The translations under genes and the position numbers were made by a program. This document shows positions 12,380 through 26,085 of a DNA stretch of 64,000 nucleotides, in pieces; position 1 is the stretch's first letter, and each line of letters begins with the position of its first letter. The DNA is taken from the NCBI RefSeq assembly GCF_006345805.1, contig NC_043000.1, forward strand, positions 91,574,001 through 91,638,000, written 5' to 3'. The notes under the pieces are model-generated. The model was given only the letters and a program-made list of their open reading frames with translations. It was not told where the DNA came from and made no database searches. This DNA comes from Octopus sinensis (Eukaryota).

Positions 12380-12788
12380 GAGTGGCTGTGTGGTAAGTAG
12401 CTTGCTTACTAACCACATGGTTCCAGGTTCAGTCCCACTGTATGGCACCTTGGGCAAGTGTCTTCTGCTATAGTCTCGGGCCAACCAAAGCCTTGTGAGT
12501 AGATTTGGTAGACAGAAACTGAAAGAAGCCTGTCATATATATGTATATATGTATATGTGTGTATATGTATGTTTGTGTGTTTGTGTTTGTCCCCCCCCCC
12601 CAACATTGCTTGACAACCGATGTTGGTGTATTTACGTCCCCATAACTTAGCGGTTCGGCAAAAGAGACTGATAGAATAAGTACTAGGCTTTCAAAGAATA
12701 AGTCCTGGGGTCGATTTGCTTGACTAAAGACTATGCTCCAGCATGGCCACAAACAAATGACTGAAACAAGTAAAAGAGTAAAAGAGTA
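12380..12788 (+). mobile_element. SINE family A (GAGTGGCTGTGTGGTAAG head, internal microsatellite, GTAAAAGA tail)
   Basis: Near-collinear copies at ~13573-14020 (+), ~17788-18175 (-), ~26891-27292 (-), ~51141-51582 (+) and a deleted copy at ~21428-21605. tRNA-like head with a GGTTCAGTCCC B-box-like motif. Confidence 0.85.
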
Positions 12789-13378
12789 TCCTATGATAGG
12801 TAACACTCTTGTTAATAAATAATCCACTGACTCAGTCAAATCTAAGGGATTTTGCGAAGAACCCAAACCTTTAATTCACATGTGGTTTGCCAATTCCACT
12901 AAGATAGATCCATTGCAGGCAAATACGTTAAAAGTCACTATCCTTATCCACTCCCCATTTAATGTCTTGTGTAAAACTTTCCTACACCTTCCTGCTTACA
13001 GATCGGCAGATATTTCTCTCTTCAAAAAGTATCTTCATTTTATTTTATTCTATTTGTTCATATATATATATGTGTGTTTGTGTTTCATTTTATTGGCAAT
13101 CTATCAGAAAAATATCATCGTTTACCACCAACACTATTAATTACTAACATCATCTAAGAGTTACCATCTTATTGATCTTTATGTAGACTTACAAATTGTG
13201 ATGTGTTTGTTGTATGATAAAGTAGAAATAACATTTTAAGATTTTTATCTGGCTTGAGTGATAGACTGATAATTTCAAGAAAAATTTCTGACCAACATTC
13301 ATATCAGTTCATTATTAAGTGTATCCTGCCTGCCAGATTAAGAGAAATAGTATGTTAAATTCTTGCTTTATTCATTAC

Positions 13379-13449
13379 CTATTCTTTTGCATTCCACCAG
13401 TTTTACACCATGGTATCGACATTGTGTGACTACAAGCCAATCACGTGTT
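13379..13449 (-). CDS. Candidate internal coding exon (TRDWLVVTQCRYHGVKLVECKRI)
   Basis: TTTTTTTATCTGTCTACAG acceptor and TAG|GTAATG donor. 71 nt, single open frame. No homology recognised. Confidence 0.3.
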
Positions 13450-13572
13450 CTGTAGACAGATAAAAAAAGCTTAGCTGTTATTCTACATCTATTTTCCAAA
13501 TATTTTCCCAATAGTTTCCTTTCTCAGCTTTCATGTTCTCAGTTTTTAAAATTTAATCTCATTATAGGTTCA

Positions 13573-13745
13573 GGAGTGGCTGTTTGGTAAGGAGTTTGCT
13601 TACCAACCACATGGTTCCGGGTTCAATCCCACTGCGTGGCACCTTGGGCAAGTGTCTTCTACTATAGCCTTCGGCCAACCAAAGCCTTGTGAGTGGATTT
13701 GGTAGACAGAAACTGAAAGAAGCCTGTTGTATATATGTATGTATA

Positions 13746-13809
<64 letters not shown>

Positions 13810-14020
13810 ATATAAATTGTGTGTCTGTGTTTGTCCCCCAACATCACTTGACAACCGATGGTGGTGTGTTTACGTCCCTGTAACTTAGCGGTTTGGCAAA
13901 AGAGACCTATACAATAAGTACGAAGCTTACAAAGAACAAGTCCTGCAGTCGATTTATTCAACTAAAGGCAGTGCTCCAGCATGGTCGCAGTCAAATGACT
14001 GAAACAGGTAAAAGAAAAAA
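13573..14020 (+). mobile_element. SINE family A
   Basis: Collinear with 12380-12788. Confidence 0.85.
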
Positions 14021-14589
14021 TTGAAAAGAGATACTAATATTTTGTATTTAGTTACATCATTTTGGTGAAAGTGTGTAGCCAGGTGGTTGGAACTTTGCAC
14101 TCACATACATAAGATTATGGTTTTGATTCTTTGACTGTCCATTATGTTCTGTAGCAAAGCATTGCATTTCGTAAATGAGTCCCAGTTATAGCTGCAAGGT
14201 AAGTTTGCAACATATTGATGTCCCGTTCAGAGGTGGAAGTACTGTATTCTCAATTACTTATATGGAAACTTAGTTGAGCTGTAGTCTTATCCGTTTTAGG
14301 GCTAATGACTGATTCTAAAGTCATTATTACTACTTAAAAGATGTGTATCCTGTTTATAGTGACACTACATTTGTTACCTAATGATACATAAGTTTAACAA
14401 TCAAAACATATCTTTTATTCTTAGACTTATAACATGGTCACTTATGAATGAAATCTTTTAATAGCCTGGTAGGAGAATTAGGAGATATAACTCAAACTGA
14501 CAACAAAACAGCTCAAATTCAAATATCCATGCTATCAGATAGACCAATATGTAAATGGTTATACCTTTCCATAAGTCCGCCCATGACCT

Positions 14590-15600
14590 CAACGTGATGA
14601 GATGGCTAAACGAGTGAGTGTCAGAGCTATGCTGTTGAGGACTTTGAGTCCAAAATGGATAGGTCTGACATGATACTCTGGAACTATGATTTTCAGACTG
14701 ATTGAGTAAGACTATTGAGTAAGAGAGATAAATGCTGTCAGATCATTGATGTAGCCATAACAAATGACATGAATGTTGTGAGTAAAGAAGTTCAAAAAAT
14801 CACCAAGTACTCGGAATCAAAAATGCAAATAGCAAGGCTGTATTGAATGTGAGAGGGTAATGTAAAAATGATATCAGTGGTGATCGAAGCGTTGGGCTCA
14901 ATCCCACTGAAACTTCAAGACTTCTTAAGGCAACTGGAAATCCCATGCAAGATTGATGTCTTAGAAAAAGCAGCCTTATTGGGCACAATGCACATTTTAA
15001 GGATGACTAAAGACTTCAGTGCATTTTTACCTGCACTATGTTACAAAGGAATAATAATAATATACCTTGATATAGTACCAGGCACTGGCTCTCATGTCTT
15101 TGAATCTTAACTGGTTGGAAATGTTATCATGTATATGCTATGTATTGGTATAAAAGATGGCCTACAGCAGATATTCTGCTCAATACTATAGATTTGCTTG
15201 TCAGTTGCTTCACCATAAGAAGTTCAGCATGTCCCTTAGTTGCTGTCAATATGTGCACCTCTGATCACCAACAGAAGTGGTGGGGGAGTATCGTAGCCAT
15301 ATGTTGAGAGGAATTCTTTGGGGTTTGGATAATTCACCTTCGGAAACATGGTCATTATATTCATCATCCTTAAACAAAGTTTATTCAGGGGCCTTTTGAG
15401 TAGGATAGGTTACTTAATCTGAAGAAAATTCTAACTGGAACCCCCACCTGCAAGGCCATGCGCTGCTTGTCTTGATATGAGATCACCATGTCGCACACAT
15501 TTAGCTGTGATGCATGTGCCTGGTGTATCATGATGGGTATATTGGGCTTTGAATAGTTGTACCCCAGTGTCACTTTGATGGCATGCACTGCTCTCTCACT
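14590..15600 (+). mobile_element. Degenerate RLE LINE 3' region (endonuclease remnant plus probable 3' UTR)
   Basis: Remnants MILWNYDFQTD, KCCQIIDVAITNDMNVVSKEVQKITKY and MISVVIEALGSIPLKLQDFLRQLEIPCKIDVLEKAALLGTMHILR, followed by the ~530-bp repeat. Confidence 0.75.
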
Positions 15601-15780
15601 CTATGATGATAATAATAACAATAATAATAATAATCACATCCTACACAGAACACTTTCAATACAGTAACCATCAGAGAGTCACAACAAATCACAGCACATA
15701 CCCAAGGCACACAGAGCTGCGCTCGGTAGTAAAGTGAAAGCATGTTATAAAAGGAAAACTACTGAATGATAATAATAATA

Positions 15781-15856
<76 letters not shown>

Positions 15857-16467
15857 TATAATAAATGAATAAATAAATAACTAAAGACAAATAATACCCC
15901 AAAGAAACCTTTGTGTTAACTGAAACAGAATTATTTGCATTTTAACTTTCTGTAGCTAGGATTGAGCCAATGGGCAGATGCTTATGAGTGCATGTGTAAT
16001 ATGGAATTTTGTCTCATCTATAATAATGTGCTTAAAAGCAGAATAAGTAATTTTTTGAAAATAAAATATAACATTAATTTGAAATAAATAGTAAAAAGGG
16101 ACAAAAATAAAACATAGAGAACTGAATAGAAATAAGCAAAAAGGTTAAAAACAGTACATAAAAAAAAACAAATAATTATAAAAACTGGCAATCAAAAAGT
16201 ATTGTAGGAAAATGACAAAATAATGTACAATATCTAAGGACAAAAAAGAAATTTGGTGGGAGTCTTCGGTGTAAGAAGAGTCAATAAATGCTACTTTGCG
16301 AATAAGTGTTCTAAACTTTCCCATATGAGCAATTTTTCAATAAACAACTTTATTGTATCCGAAGCAGAAGAGTGGAGAGAAAATGATGAGACAGCTCTGG
16401 TGGACAAGACACATGCATACACACAGGCACACACACACACTTATATATATATGTATATATGTGTGTG

Positions 16468-16509
<42 letters not shown>

Positions 16510-16585
16510 ATATATATGAATATATATGTATATATATATATATATACATATATATGTAGATATATATAGATATAAATACATATAT

Positions 16586-16616
<31 letters not shown>

Positions 16617-16638
16617 GTATATGTATATATGTACACAG

Positions 16639-16670
<32 letters not shown>

Positions 16671-17787
16671 ATATATACACACATGCTATAAATATATATG
16701 AGATATATATATATATATATGTTTATGCATGTATATATGCATGAAGAAGAACAGGTATAGATATGAAAACAAATGTATCCCTTAGTTATATAGCACCCAA
16801 TATGTATGCTTGTAGAATTTTTTTATATATCACTTTGCAGTGTTGTTCTTTCTACTGTATTTTGGTGCCCATCTAAAATATAAACCATGTTCCTAAGGTT
16901 TTATTTATCTGTTTTATTATTTTTTTACCATTCTCCTTTTACATGGTCCCTTGTTGGGCAATCAAATAGAGTATGAAGTAAAAAAAAGTGTATATATTTT
17001 CCCACTCATATATGTGTATACATATCTCCATGTGTAAATATGAGTGCATATAAGTGTGTGTGGTTGTTTGTGTGTGTATGTGTGTGTATACATACATACA
17101 TACATATATATATATATATGTATATATATACGTGCATATACTTATATGAATATACATATATATTAATACATATACATATATTATATATGCATCAATTATA
17201 TATATGTGTGTATGTTTATATATGTGTATTTGTATCTATATGATATATATATACATTATATTTATATATATATATTTATATGTATGTGTGTGTATATATA
17301 TATGTATATATATATATATATATGCGAGTAAAGACATTTATATATATACAAAAATATATGATTTTGTAATATGATACACTTTGCTAATATGACTTCTTTA
17401 TATTAAAAAATATATATTCATTGCATACAACTCTATCCCTATACAAATATTATATATATATATAGGTGTATGTGTGTGTGTGTTTCCAGGTGTGAGAGAA
17501 AGAACAAGATGCAGTTTGAGAGGTATGATAAGAGATGTAAAGATGTATTGATATGTATGTGCAGCGATGCATGAAGTCATTGGGAGATGACATTTACTGA
17601 TGGAAATACACTCTGGACCAAAGGGATATTAAAATATTGAGTTGGGGAGAACTTTCACATGAAGAATAGTCGCAAGAATTTCAAAAGCAAGTGACATATA
17701 TATGTGTATATATACATGTGTGTTTTATGTATGTGCATGCATTTATTTATATAATTATAATAGTTATATATGCATATGAATGTATAG

Positions 17788-18175
17788 TCTTTTATTCTTT
17801 TACTTGTTTCAGTCATTTGACTGTGGCCATGCTGGAGCACCACCTTTGGTTGAGCAAATCAACCCCAGGACTTCTTTGTAAGCCTAGTACTTATTCTATC
17901 AGTCTCTTTTGTTGAACTGCTACATTATGGGGATGTAAACATACCACTATTGGTTGTCAAGTGATGTCAGGGGGACAAACGCAGACACTCAAACACACAC
18001 ACACACATATATGTACATACGATGGGCTTCTTTCAGTTTCCGTCTACCATATCCACTCACAAGGCTTTGGCTGGCCCGAGGCTATAGTAGAAGACACTCG
18101 CCCAAGTTGCCACACAGTCAGACTGAACCTAGAACCATGTGTTTGTAAGCAAGCTACTTACCATACAGCCACTTC
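17788..18175 (-). mobile_element. SINE family A
   Basis: Reverse-complement match to 12380-12788. Confidence 0.8.
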
Positions 18176-18627
18176 TGTGCCTCAGGAAATATATTTATAT
18201 AATTACAACAGTTATATATGTATATATATGTGTGTATACTTTTTCTATATACATATATACATATGTGCACTCATATATATACACACATATTTGAATGAAT
18301 ATGCATATATATAACATGGACTCTCCCATCGTTTGATGACATATGTGGGTTTGGCAATTTCTTACTAAACAACCACATGAATGATTTGTTTATAGTGATT
18401 AAATGTTTGTGTACACATAAGCTCACTCCCTCCATCAAATTGACAGTACTTGTACAGGGGCACCGTATGCCACATGTCAGATGCGGAAATGACCACAGAA
18501 ATACATGAAATGAAGTGCCTTGCTTATGAATACAATGCAATGACTGGTCTTAGAATTGAACCCACGATCTTACAATCATGAGTGCAACACCCTAACCACT
18601 AAGCCTTACATATATACATAGAATATT

Positions 18628-18855
18628 GGCGGCGAGCTGGCAGAAACTTTAGCATGCCGGGCGAAATGCGTTGCCATATTTCGTCTGCCGTTACGTTTCG
18701 AGTTCAAATTCCGCCGAGGTCGACTTTGCCATTCATCCTTCCGGGGTCGATAAATTAAGTACCAGTTACGCACTGGTGTCGATGTAATCGACTTAGTCCC
18801 TTTGTCTGTCCTTGTTTGTCTCCCCTGTGTTTAGCCCTTTGTGGGTAGTAAAGAA
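18628..18855 (+). mobile_element. SINE family B (GGCGGCGAGCTGGCAGAA head) with 17-bp TSD
   Basis: ATATATACATAGAATAT occurs at 18610-18626 and 18856-18872. Many copies exist, e.g. 1-220, ~25455-26085 (three in tandem), ~35055-35295 (-), 40627-40855 (-), ~60285-60495. Confidence 0.9.
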
Positions 18856-18926
18856 ATATATACATAGAATATATAGAAAGACGTATATTCACACAGATAT
18901 ATCAGTACATATATATATATATACAT

Positions 18927-19135
18927 ATATTATATTAATTAGAGACAAAACCACTATTATGCAAATCAAACAAAGAAAGACTTAAGCCAATACATAAAAA
19001 ATTTTATTTTGTTTGATTTGCATAATAGTGGTTTTGTCTCTAATTAATATAATATAATATTTTACTATAAAATTGGATTCAATCCTAAATCTGATTTTTC
19101 CCTGTAAATTTGGATTTATTCCCTAATATTTAATA
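18927..19135 (-). mobile_element. TA-embedded hairpin element (perfect 48-bp inverted repeat plus ~80-nt head)
   Basis: 18927-18974 is the exact reverse complement of 19008-19055, with a 33-nt spacer. The head reads AATATTAGGGAATAAATCC... on the minus strand. Confidence 0.75.
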
Positions 19136-19181
<46 letters not shown>

Positions 19182-19211
19182 ACATAAATTCACAAACTCA
19201 CACACACAGAC

Positions 19212-19243
<32 letters not shown>

Positions 19244-19351
19244 ATATGCTTATGCATCACTATATATTCTTTGGTAAACATTGTCACTGACAATGTGGGG
19301 CAAGAAAAGGTATGTCTTGGACAGCAGAAGGAAAATATCAAACAACTGGAA

Positions 19352-19384
<33 letters not shown>

Positions 19385-19388
19385 AATA

Positions 19389-19432
<44 letters not shown>

Positions 19433-19436
19433 TAAT

Positions 19437-19473
<37 letters not shown>

Positions 19474-19490
19474 TAATAATAATAATAATA

Positions 19491-19540
<50 letters not shown>

Positions 19541-19541
19541 T

Positions 19542-21710
19542 TGCTGAATGGCTGAAGGAATTGTGGAAGAATTAACAAATGTGAAGCAAAGAGATATTGA
19601 AATAACAACTGTAACAGTATGCATTTAAACCAAAAAATTCCCAGCTGAGAAGCTCCAAGACCTGATGGGTCTGAGGGCTTTAGGCTGAAAAAGCTGACAT
19701 CTTTACATGAACAAATCACAGCTCAAATAAATGAAATGTTAAACAACTGGGCAGAGATACATATATGAATGACAATAGATAGGACTCTGCCCTGTTGGAA
19801 CGACTTTGCTAAAGGTAATGCATGAGATTATTATAGATTCATATCCTGCTTGCCACAAAGGTGTAAACTTATGACTGGAATCATCTCTGAGGTGTGCTAT
19901 AGGTTCCTTGAGGAGTGAAAAATTGTACTGAAAGAGCATAAATGCTGGAAAAAGAACAACAGGAGTACAAAAGGTAAACTTCTGGTTAATAAAATAATCC
20001 TTGTTGAATATGAAAATAAACAAGAATGTAGCCATGACATGAGTAAAAAGTAGAAAAAGTTAAGTTACTTTTTCGAGTGATATTGACTCATAAGGGCTGG
20101 TTTCCTGGTTTCTATGATGTGTAAATTTCCCACCTGGATGGCACATCAGTCCGTTGCAGAATTACTCATTTTTGTCAGCTGAGTGGACTGGAGTAACATG
20201 AAATGAAATGTTTTTTTCAAGATCACAATGTGTCGCCCAGTCCAGGAATCAAAGCCACAATCTTATGATCATGAGTCCAATGTCCTAACTACAAAGCTAC
20301 ACACCTCCACTATGCCATGGATGGACTATATGAAAGCCTATGACATGGTTCCCCACAGCTGGATATTAGAGTGTCTGAAATTTGCTCAGGTGCCAGATCA
20401 ACAGCCAGCTGGAAAATGGAGATCATTTTTCTGTGGGAAATAGGATCTGTTAATGTATGAAAAGGTATATTTCAGGGAGACAGCTTATCACCACTCTTAT
20501 TTGTCATCTGCATGAATCCCCTGTCATTAGAAAGGTAAAAATGGGTTATGTGTTAGATGGTATTAAGATCAAACATCAGTTATTCAGGTACGTGGTCTGA
20601 TCAATAAGTATCCAAGCTGTTGCCATAGTAACGAAGCTAAAGCATACAGAGTAAAGCTGCTTAGCACAGACTGACCTTGAACTCTGCTGTGCATGCACAC
20701 TAAATTTTAATGTTCTAGCTTACTTTCGCTGTTTAAGGCATTACTTGGAAGGAAGGTGTGTACCATTTGATTATCGCATTGACCATGACAGAGAAAGTTG
20801 GGCAGAGAATCAGCATCAAATTTTGCCAGAAGTTTGACAATACTTTCTCAGAGGCCTACACAAAGTTTTCAAAAGGTTTTTATCTTTCTGAACACAATCA
20901 AGGAGATCTTGTGCAATTGAAACCCGAGTGTCTTTTTGGTCAGTTGAAAGCAGTTTTAGCACAAACTTGGCAGACACGCATCTCATACCCAAATCTTCAG
21001 TGATAATAGACTGAACTGAACCGTAACTAATCTGCACATCTTCTGATAACTCACAATTGGTGATTCAACGATTTCTCCTCACAGCTGCACACACATCTGT
21101 GATGCTTTTCTCAGTTCTGCCGGTTGCAGGTCTCCCAGAACTTTCATCAATATCAACATGTTTGGGCCATGTTTGAAACATCTGAACCACTCATATACTT
21201 GTGAGTGCCTCATGCACTCCTCTCCATACACTTTCTGCAACTTTGCACTGGCCTCTGAGCAGGTATTGCCATGACAACTTTCTCTGTCATGGTCAATGTG
21301 ACGATCACACGCTACACACTTTCCTTCCAAGTACTGCTGTAAACAGTGGAAATGAGCTAGAATATTAAAACTTAGTGCACATGCACAGCAGGGTTCAAGG
21401 TCAATCTTTGCCAAGTGACAAAGGGGCTGGAGTGGCTGTGTGGTAAGTAGCTTGCTAACCAACCACATTGTTCCTGGTTCAATCCCACTGTGTGGCACCT
21501 TGGGCAAGTGTCTTCTACTATAGCCTCAGGCTGACCAAAGGTGGTGCTCCAGCATGGCTGCAGTCAAAGTGACTGAAACGAATAAAAGAATAAAAGAAAA
21601 AGAATAAAGTGGCTTTACTTTGCGTGCTTTAGCTTTGTTACTATAGCAACAGTCTGGATACTTATTGATCAAACCTCATTTGATTGAAAGCTATTTGTGA
21701 AAGATAAGGT
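19542..21710 (+). mobile_element. Degenerate R4/Dong-type RT fragment interrupted by a SINE (~20085-20310) and a mariner derivative (20591-21678)
   Basis: Remnants AEWLKE, a KAPGPDG-like segment, YRFISCLPQ..KLMTGIISE, WMDYMKAYDMVPHSWILECLK and KGIFQGDSLSPLLFVICM. The LF-[M]DD-LKLF motif is split by the mariner and resumes as TGATTGAAAGCTATTTGTGAAAGAT at 21681. Confidence 0.8.
20591..21678. mobile_element. Composite mariner derivative: two left halves head-to-head, with a SINE A inserted
   Basis: Terminal inverted repeats CGTGGTCTGATCAATAAGTATCC... and ...GGATACTTATTGATCAAACCTCA. Transposase start MTEKV occurs on + at 20785 and on - at 21290. The minus half continues SEASAKLQKVYGEECMRHSQVYEWFRCFKHG...DLGMRCVSAKFVLKLLS. 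Confidence 0.85.
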
Positions 21711-21751
21711 TGTAATTAACAGCTTATACACACATACAAGCATATATATGC

Positions 21752-21795
<44 letters not shown>

Positions 21796-22419
21796 AGAGA
21801 GAGTATATGCATATATATATCTTCTTTTTATTCTTTTACTTGTTTCAATCATTTGACTGTGGCTATGCTGGAGCACCGCTTTGATTTAAAAAGAAATCAA
21901 GGGACCCTGCTAGGCACAGACCATAGTAGCTAAAGCCCATGCTGTAGAAGAGTATCTTCAAGTAAATCAGTATGAGAAAGAAGTACACGTAAGCCTATGC
22001 TATCATAATACAACAGTATTACAAAACCCTCAGAGTGCTTTTAGTTAATTAGAAGAGGTACACCACACGAAGAAGAAAGAGGCTAATTCAGCCTACCAGG
22101 AATGCATATGCATACATCTATTCTTATTATTGGTTTATTGGCAGAATTATTAGAACATTAGTAAAACTGCTTAGTGGTATGTCTTCTGGCTCTTTATGAT
22201 TTCAGTTCAAATCCCTTTTAAGTCAATATTGCTTGTTTATCATTTCAGATTTAAAGAAATACTGTATCAGTGAAGTAGTAAGGTAAATGATCTCATCTTA
22301 CTCTGTAACATCAAAATTGGTGGCGTAGTTAAGTACTTGGGACAATGTTATCAAGTAGACCCTCCCCTCAAAATTATTGCCTTTCTGCCTAAATCATCAT
22401 CATCATCATCATCATCATC

Positions 22420-22464
<45 letters not shown>

Positions 22465-23192
22465 AGGTGGCAAGTTGGCAGAATCGTTAGCATGCTGGAT
22501 GAAATGCTTAGCAGTACTTCATCTGTTGCTATATACTAAGATCAAATTCAGCCCAAGTCGACTTTGCTTTTCATCCTTCTAAAGTTGATAAATTAAGTAC
22601 CAGTGAAATACTGGGGTCAATGTAATTGACTAGTCTCCTCCCCCACGTTTCAGGCCTCATGCATACAGTAGAGAGGATTATTATCATTATTGCTGTTGCT
22701 ATTATTATTATTATTATATTATTATTATTATTATTATTATTATCATTATTATTATCATTTTCATTAGCATTTTCGTTCAGTTCTGTTTCCATTTCTTGCT
22801 GAGTGTCTTCCTGACACCTAGGATAGAGAAATGTGCTGTATACATTAGTAGGCCATCAAAACAAGCACACCAAATTGTTCATAGAAAGCCCCATCCGATC
22901 GTGGTTGATGCCAGCTCCTCTGGCCCCTTGTGTTGGAAGGGCATCCAGCTGTAGAAACACTGCTAGATCAGATTGGGGCTCAATGCAACCTCTTGGCTTC
23001 CCAGACCCCAGTTGAACTATCCAACCCATGCCAGCATGGAAAACATACGTTAAACGATGATGATCATTAAGTGCATTGTCATTAAGTACATGATCACAAA
23101 CAGACATGATGACATACATACATACATTACACACACACACAACACACACACACACACACACCACACACACACACATATATATATATATATGC

Positions 23193-23223
<31 letters not shown>

Positions 23224-23255
23224 TATATGTTATATAAAAAATATATATATATATA

Positions 23256-23295
<40 letters not shown>

Positions 23296-23302
23296 AAAAA
23301 AA

Positions 23303-23333
<31 letters not shown>

Positions 23334-23735
23334 ATATGTATATATATACATGTACATATAGCTCTGTATCTACCCTCCAACGGTGTACATAAATGTATGT
23401 ATCACACATTTGTCTATATGTGTGTACTCAGACTTGATGGTCATGTATAAAGATACATAAAAAGCAAAAAATTTTAAAAAAAGTGAACACAGAAAACAAA
23501 TACTGCGGATGAAAGCGTATGATATGAATGCATAAAAAATATACGTACAAAGGATGAAATATGAAGTAGGAATATGAAAAGCCTGTAAAAGGCTCAGAAA
23601 GATGGAGAAGAGTAAATGGAGATAAAAAATGAAAAAAAGGACATTATGAAAAATAAAAAAATGTTGAGCAGGGTGAGAGTTTTTTTGTTATTATTGATAT
23701 ATATGTTTATATGTGAGTGTATGTGTCTGCGACTG

Positions 23736-23786
<51 letters not shown>

Positions 23787-23922
23787 TATATGTATATATA
23801 TGTATATATATGTATATATATGTATATATATATATAAATGTATATATATGTATATATATGGATGTATATATATATATGTATGTATATATATATATATATT
23901 TATATACATACATATTTACATA

Positions 23923-23964
<42 letters not shown>

Positions 23965-24735
23965 CACATATACATGGGTATGTGTGTATTTGTCTAGATG
24001 CAATCTTTTTGTGGGTTTTTATGTGTTTTTTTAGGTATGTTCTTTTTTGTGTTTTTATTGTTGGTTTTGTGTCAGTGGCAAGCTGGTGATGAAGATATAT
24101 ATATATATATATACTTTTATATATATGTATATATATATATATATATATATTATATACATATATATACTTGTTTCTCTATGTGTGTATATACTTGTATATC
24201 TATATATAAACTTCTGTGTAGGTATATATATGATGATGATGATATATATATGTATTTGTATGTGTGTGTGTATGTGAGAGTGAGAGAGGAGTGGGTAGTA
24301 AGGAAGAGAGAGGGAGAAAAGGAGGATAAATATGAGAACAGGCAAAGTGTTTATATGTGTGTGTCCGTGTGTCCATATGTGTATGTATGCAAACATGGGT
24401 ATTTGTGTCAATGCGGTGGGGTGTGGTGGGGGCAAAAGAAAATAAAAGAAAATATGTTATGACTATGTCACAAGAGATTTTTGGGTGCATGTATGTATAA
24501 GAGTGTATGCACTTATGCATGCATATGCATTGTATATATAATGGAACAACTCAAGAGTGAATACATTGACGATAGACATGCACTTGGTGGCATATCCGAC
24601 AGGTACCACTACATAGCCTGAAATGACCAAGGACACAAGGAACGGCCAGATGACTTTCTTGATGGAGACAAACCAGTTTTATTATTATTATTATTATTAT
24701 TGTTATTATTATTATCATCATCATCATCATTATTA

Positions 24736-24797
<62 letters not shown>

Positions 24798-25087
24798 TTG
24801 TTTTGTTGTTGTTATTATTATTCGAGTTGCTCACCTTTTATCGACATTTTCCAATGACTAAATTTGTTGAAATAGCCTTCTTTCTCTCCCTCTTTTCCAC
24901 CATTTGCTCCTCCTTGGAAATATCATAGGGATCATATTTTCTGTTTGGCTTTTTAATTTTTTTTTCCATTTGCCTCACCACCACCACCACCACCACCACC
25001 ACCGCCACCGCCACCACCACCAGCAACAACATTAAAAACAATTCCTCTCTCTTCACCCTGTCCAAACTGTTCCTTGTCTCTTTTATG

Positions 25088-25149
<62 letters not shown>

Positions 25150-25152
25150 TAC

Positions 25153-25199
<47 letters not shown>

Positions 25200-25454
25200 G
25201 TATTATTATCATTATTTTGACAGATTTTTGGAGTGTCAGAAGAAACGCTTAGCAGAATATTTTTTTTCCTGATTCTTTACATTCTGAGTTCAAATACCAC
25301 CTTGGTCACCTTGGCTTTTCAGTAGAATAAAGAAGTACCAGCCAAGTACTGGGGTGGATGAGGTGGGAGCTTGGTGTCATCATCTAACACCCTGCTATTA
25401 CAATTGTTGGCCTTGTGCTTCAATCAGAAATCATTATTATTTTTAATTCTCTGT

Positions 25455-26085
25455 AAAGCAGCAAGTTGGCAGAAACATTAGCAGATTGGGCAAAATGTTT
25501 AGCAGTATTTTGTCCATCTTTATGTTCTGAGTTCAAATTCTGTCAAGGTTGACTTTGCCTTTCATTCTTTTGGAGTCAATACAATAAGTACCAGTTGAGT
25601 TCCTGGATCAATGTAATTGATTGATTTAATAAAGGTGGTGAGCAGGCAGAAATGTTAACATGTCGGGCAAACTGCTTATTGGTATATTGTCTGCCATTAC
25701 GTTCTGAGTTCAAATTCCGCCGAGGTCGACTTTGCCTTTCATCCTTTCGGGGTTGATAAATTAAGTACCAGTTACGCACAGGGATCGATGTAATTGACTT
25801 AACCCCTTTGTTTGTCCCCTCTATGTTTAGCCCCTTGTGGGCAATAAAGAAATAAGAAGCATTAGCATGGCGGGCAAAATGCCTACTAGTATTTCATCTG
25901 CCATTATGTTCCGTGTTCAAACTCTGCCGAGGTCGACTTTGCCTTTCATCCTTTTAGGGTTGATTAAATAAACACCAGTTATGCATTGGGGTCAATGTAA
26001 TTGACTTAATCCCTTTGTCTGTTCTTGTTTCTCCCCTCTATGTTTAGCCATCACTCCCTGTGGGCAATAAAGAAATAAATGTTAT
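25455..26085 (+). mobile_element. Three tandem SINE family B copies
   Basis: Repeated GGCAGAA...TTCAAAT...GAGGTCGACTTTGCCTTTCATCC...AAGTACCAGTT cores beginning near 25455, 25635 and 25860. Confidence 0.8.

Noticed and set aside
19115-19130. Telomeric TTAGGG at the start of a hairpin-element head
   Set aside because: It is a single unit, and the other heads have TAAGGG. Insufficient to claim a telomere link.
24541-24675. Short GC-richer island with possible exon readings on both strands
   Set aside because: Splice signals are incomplete or conflicting and no peptide was recognised.
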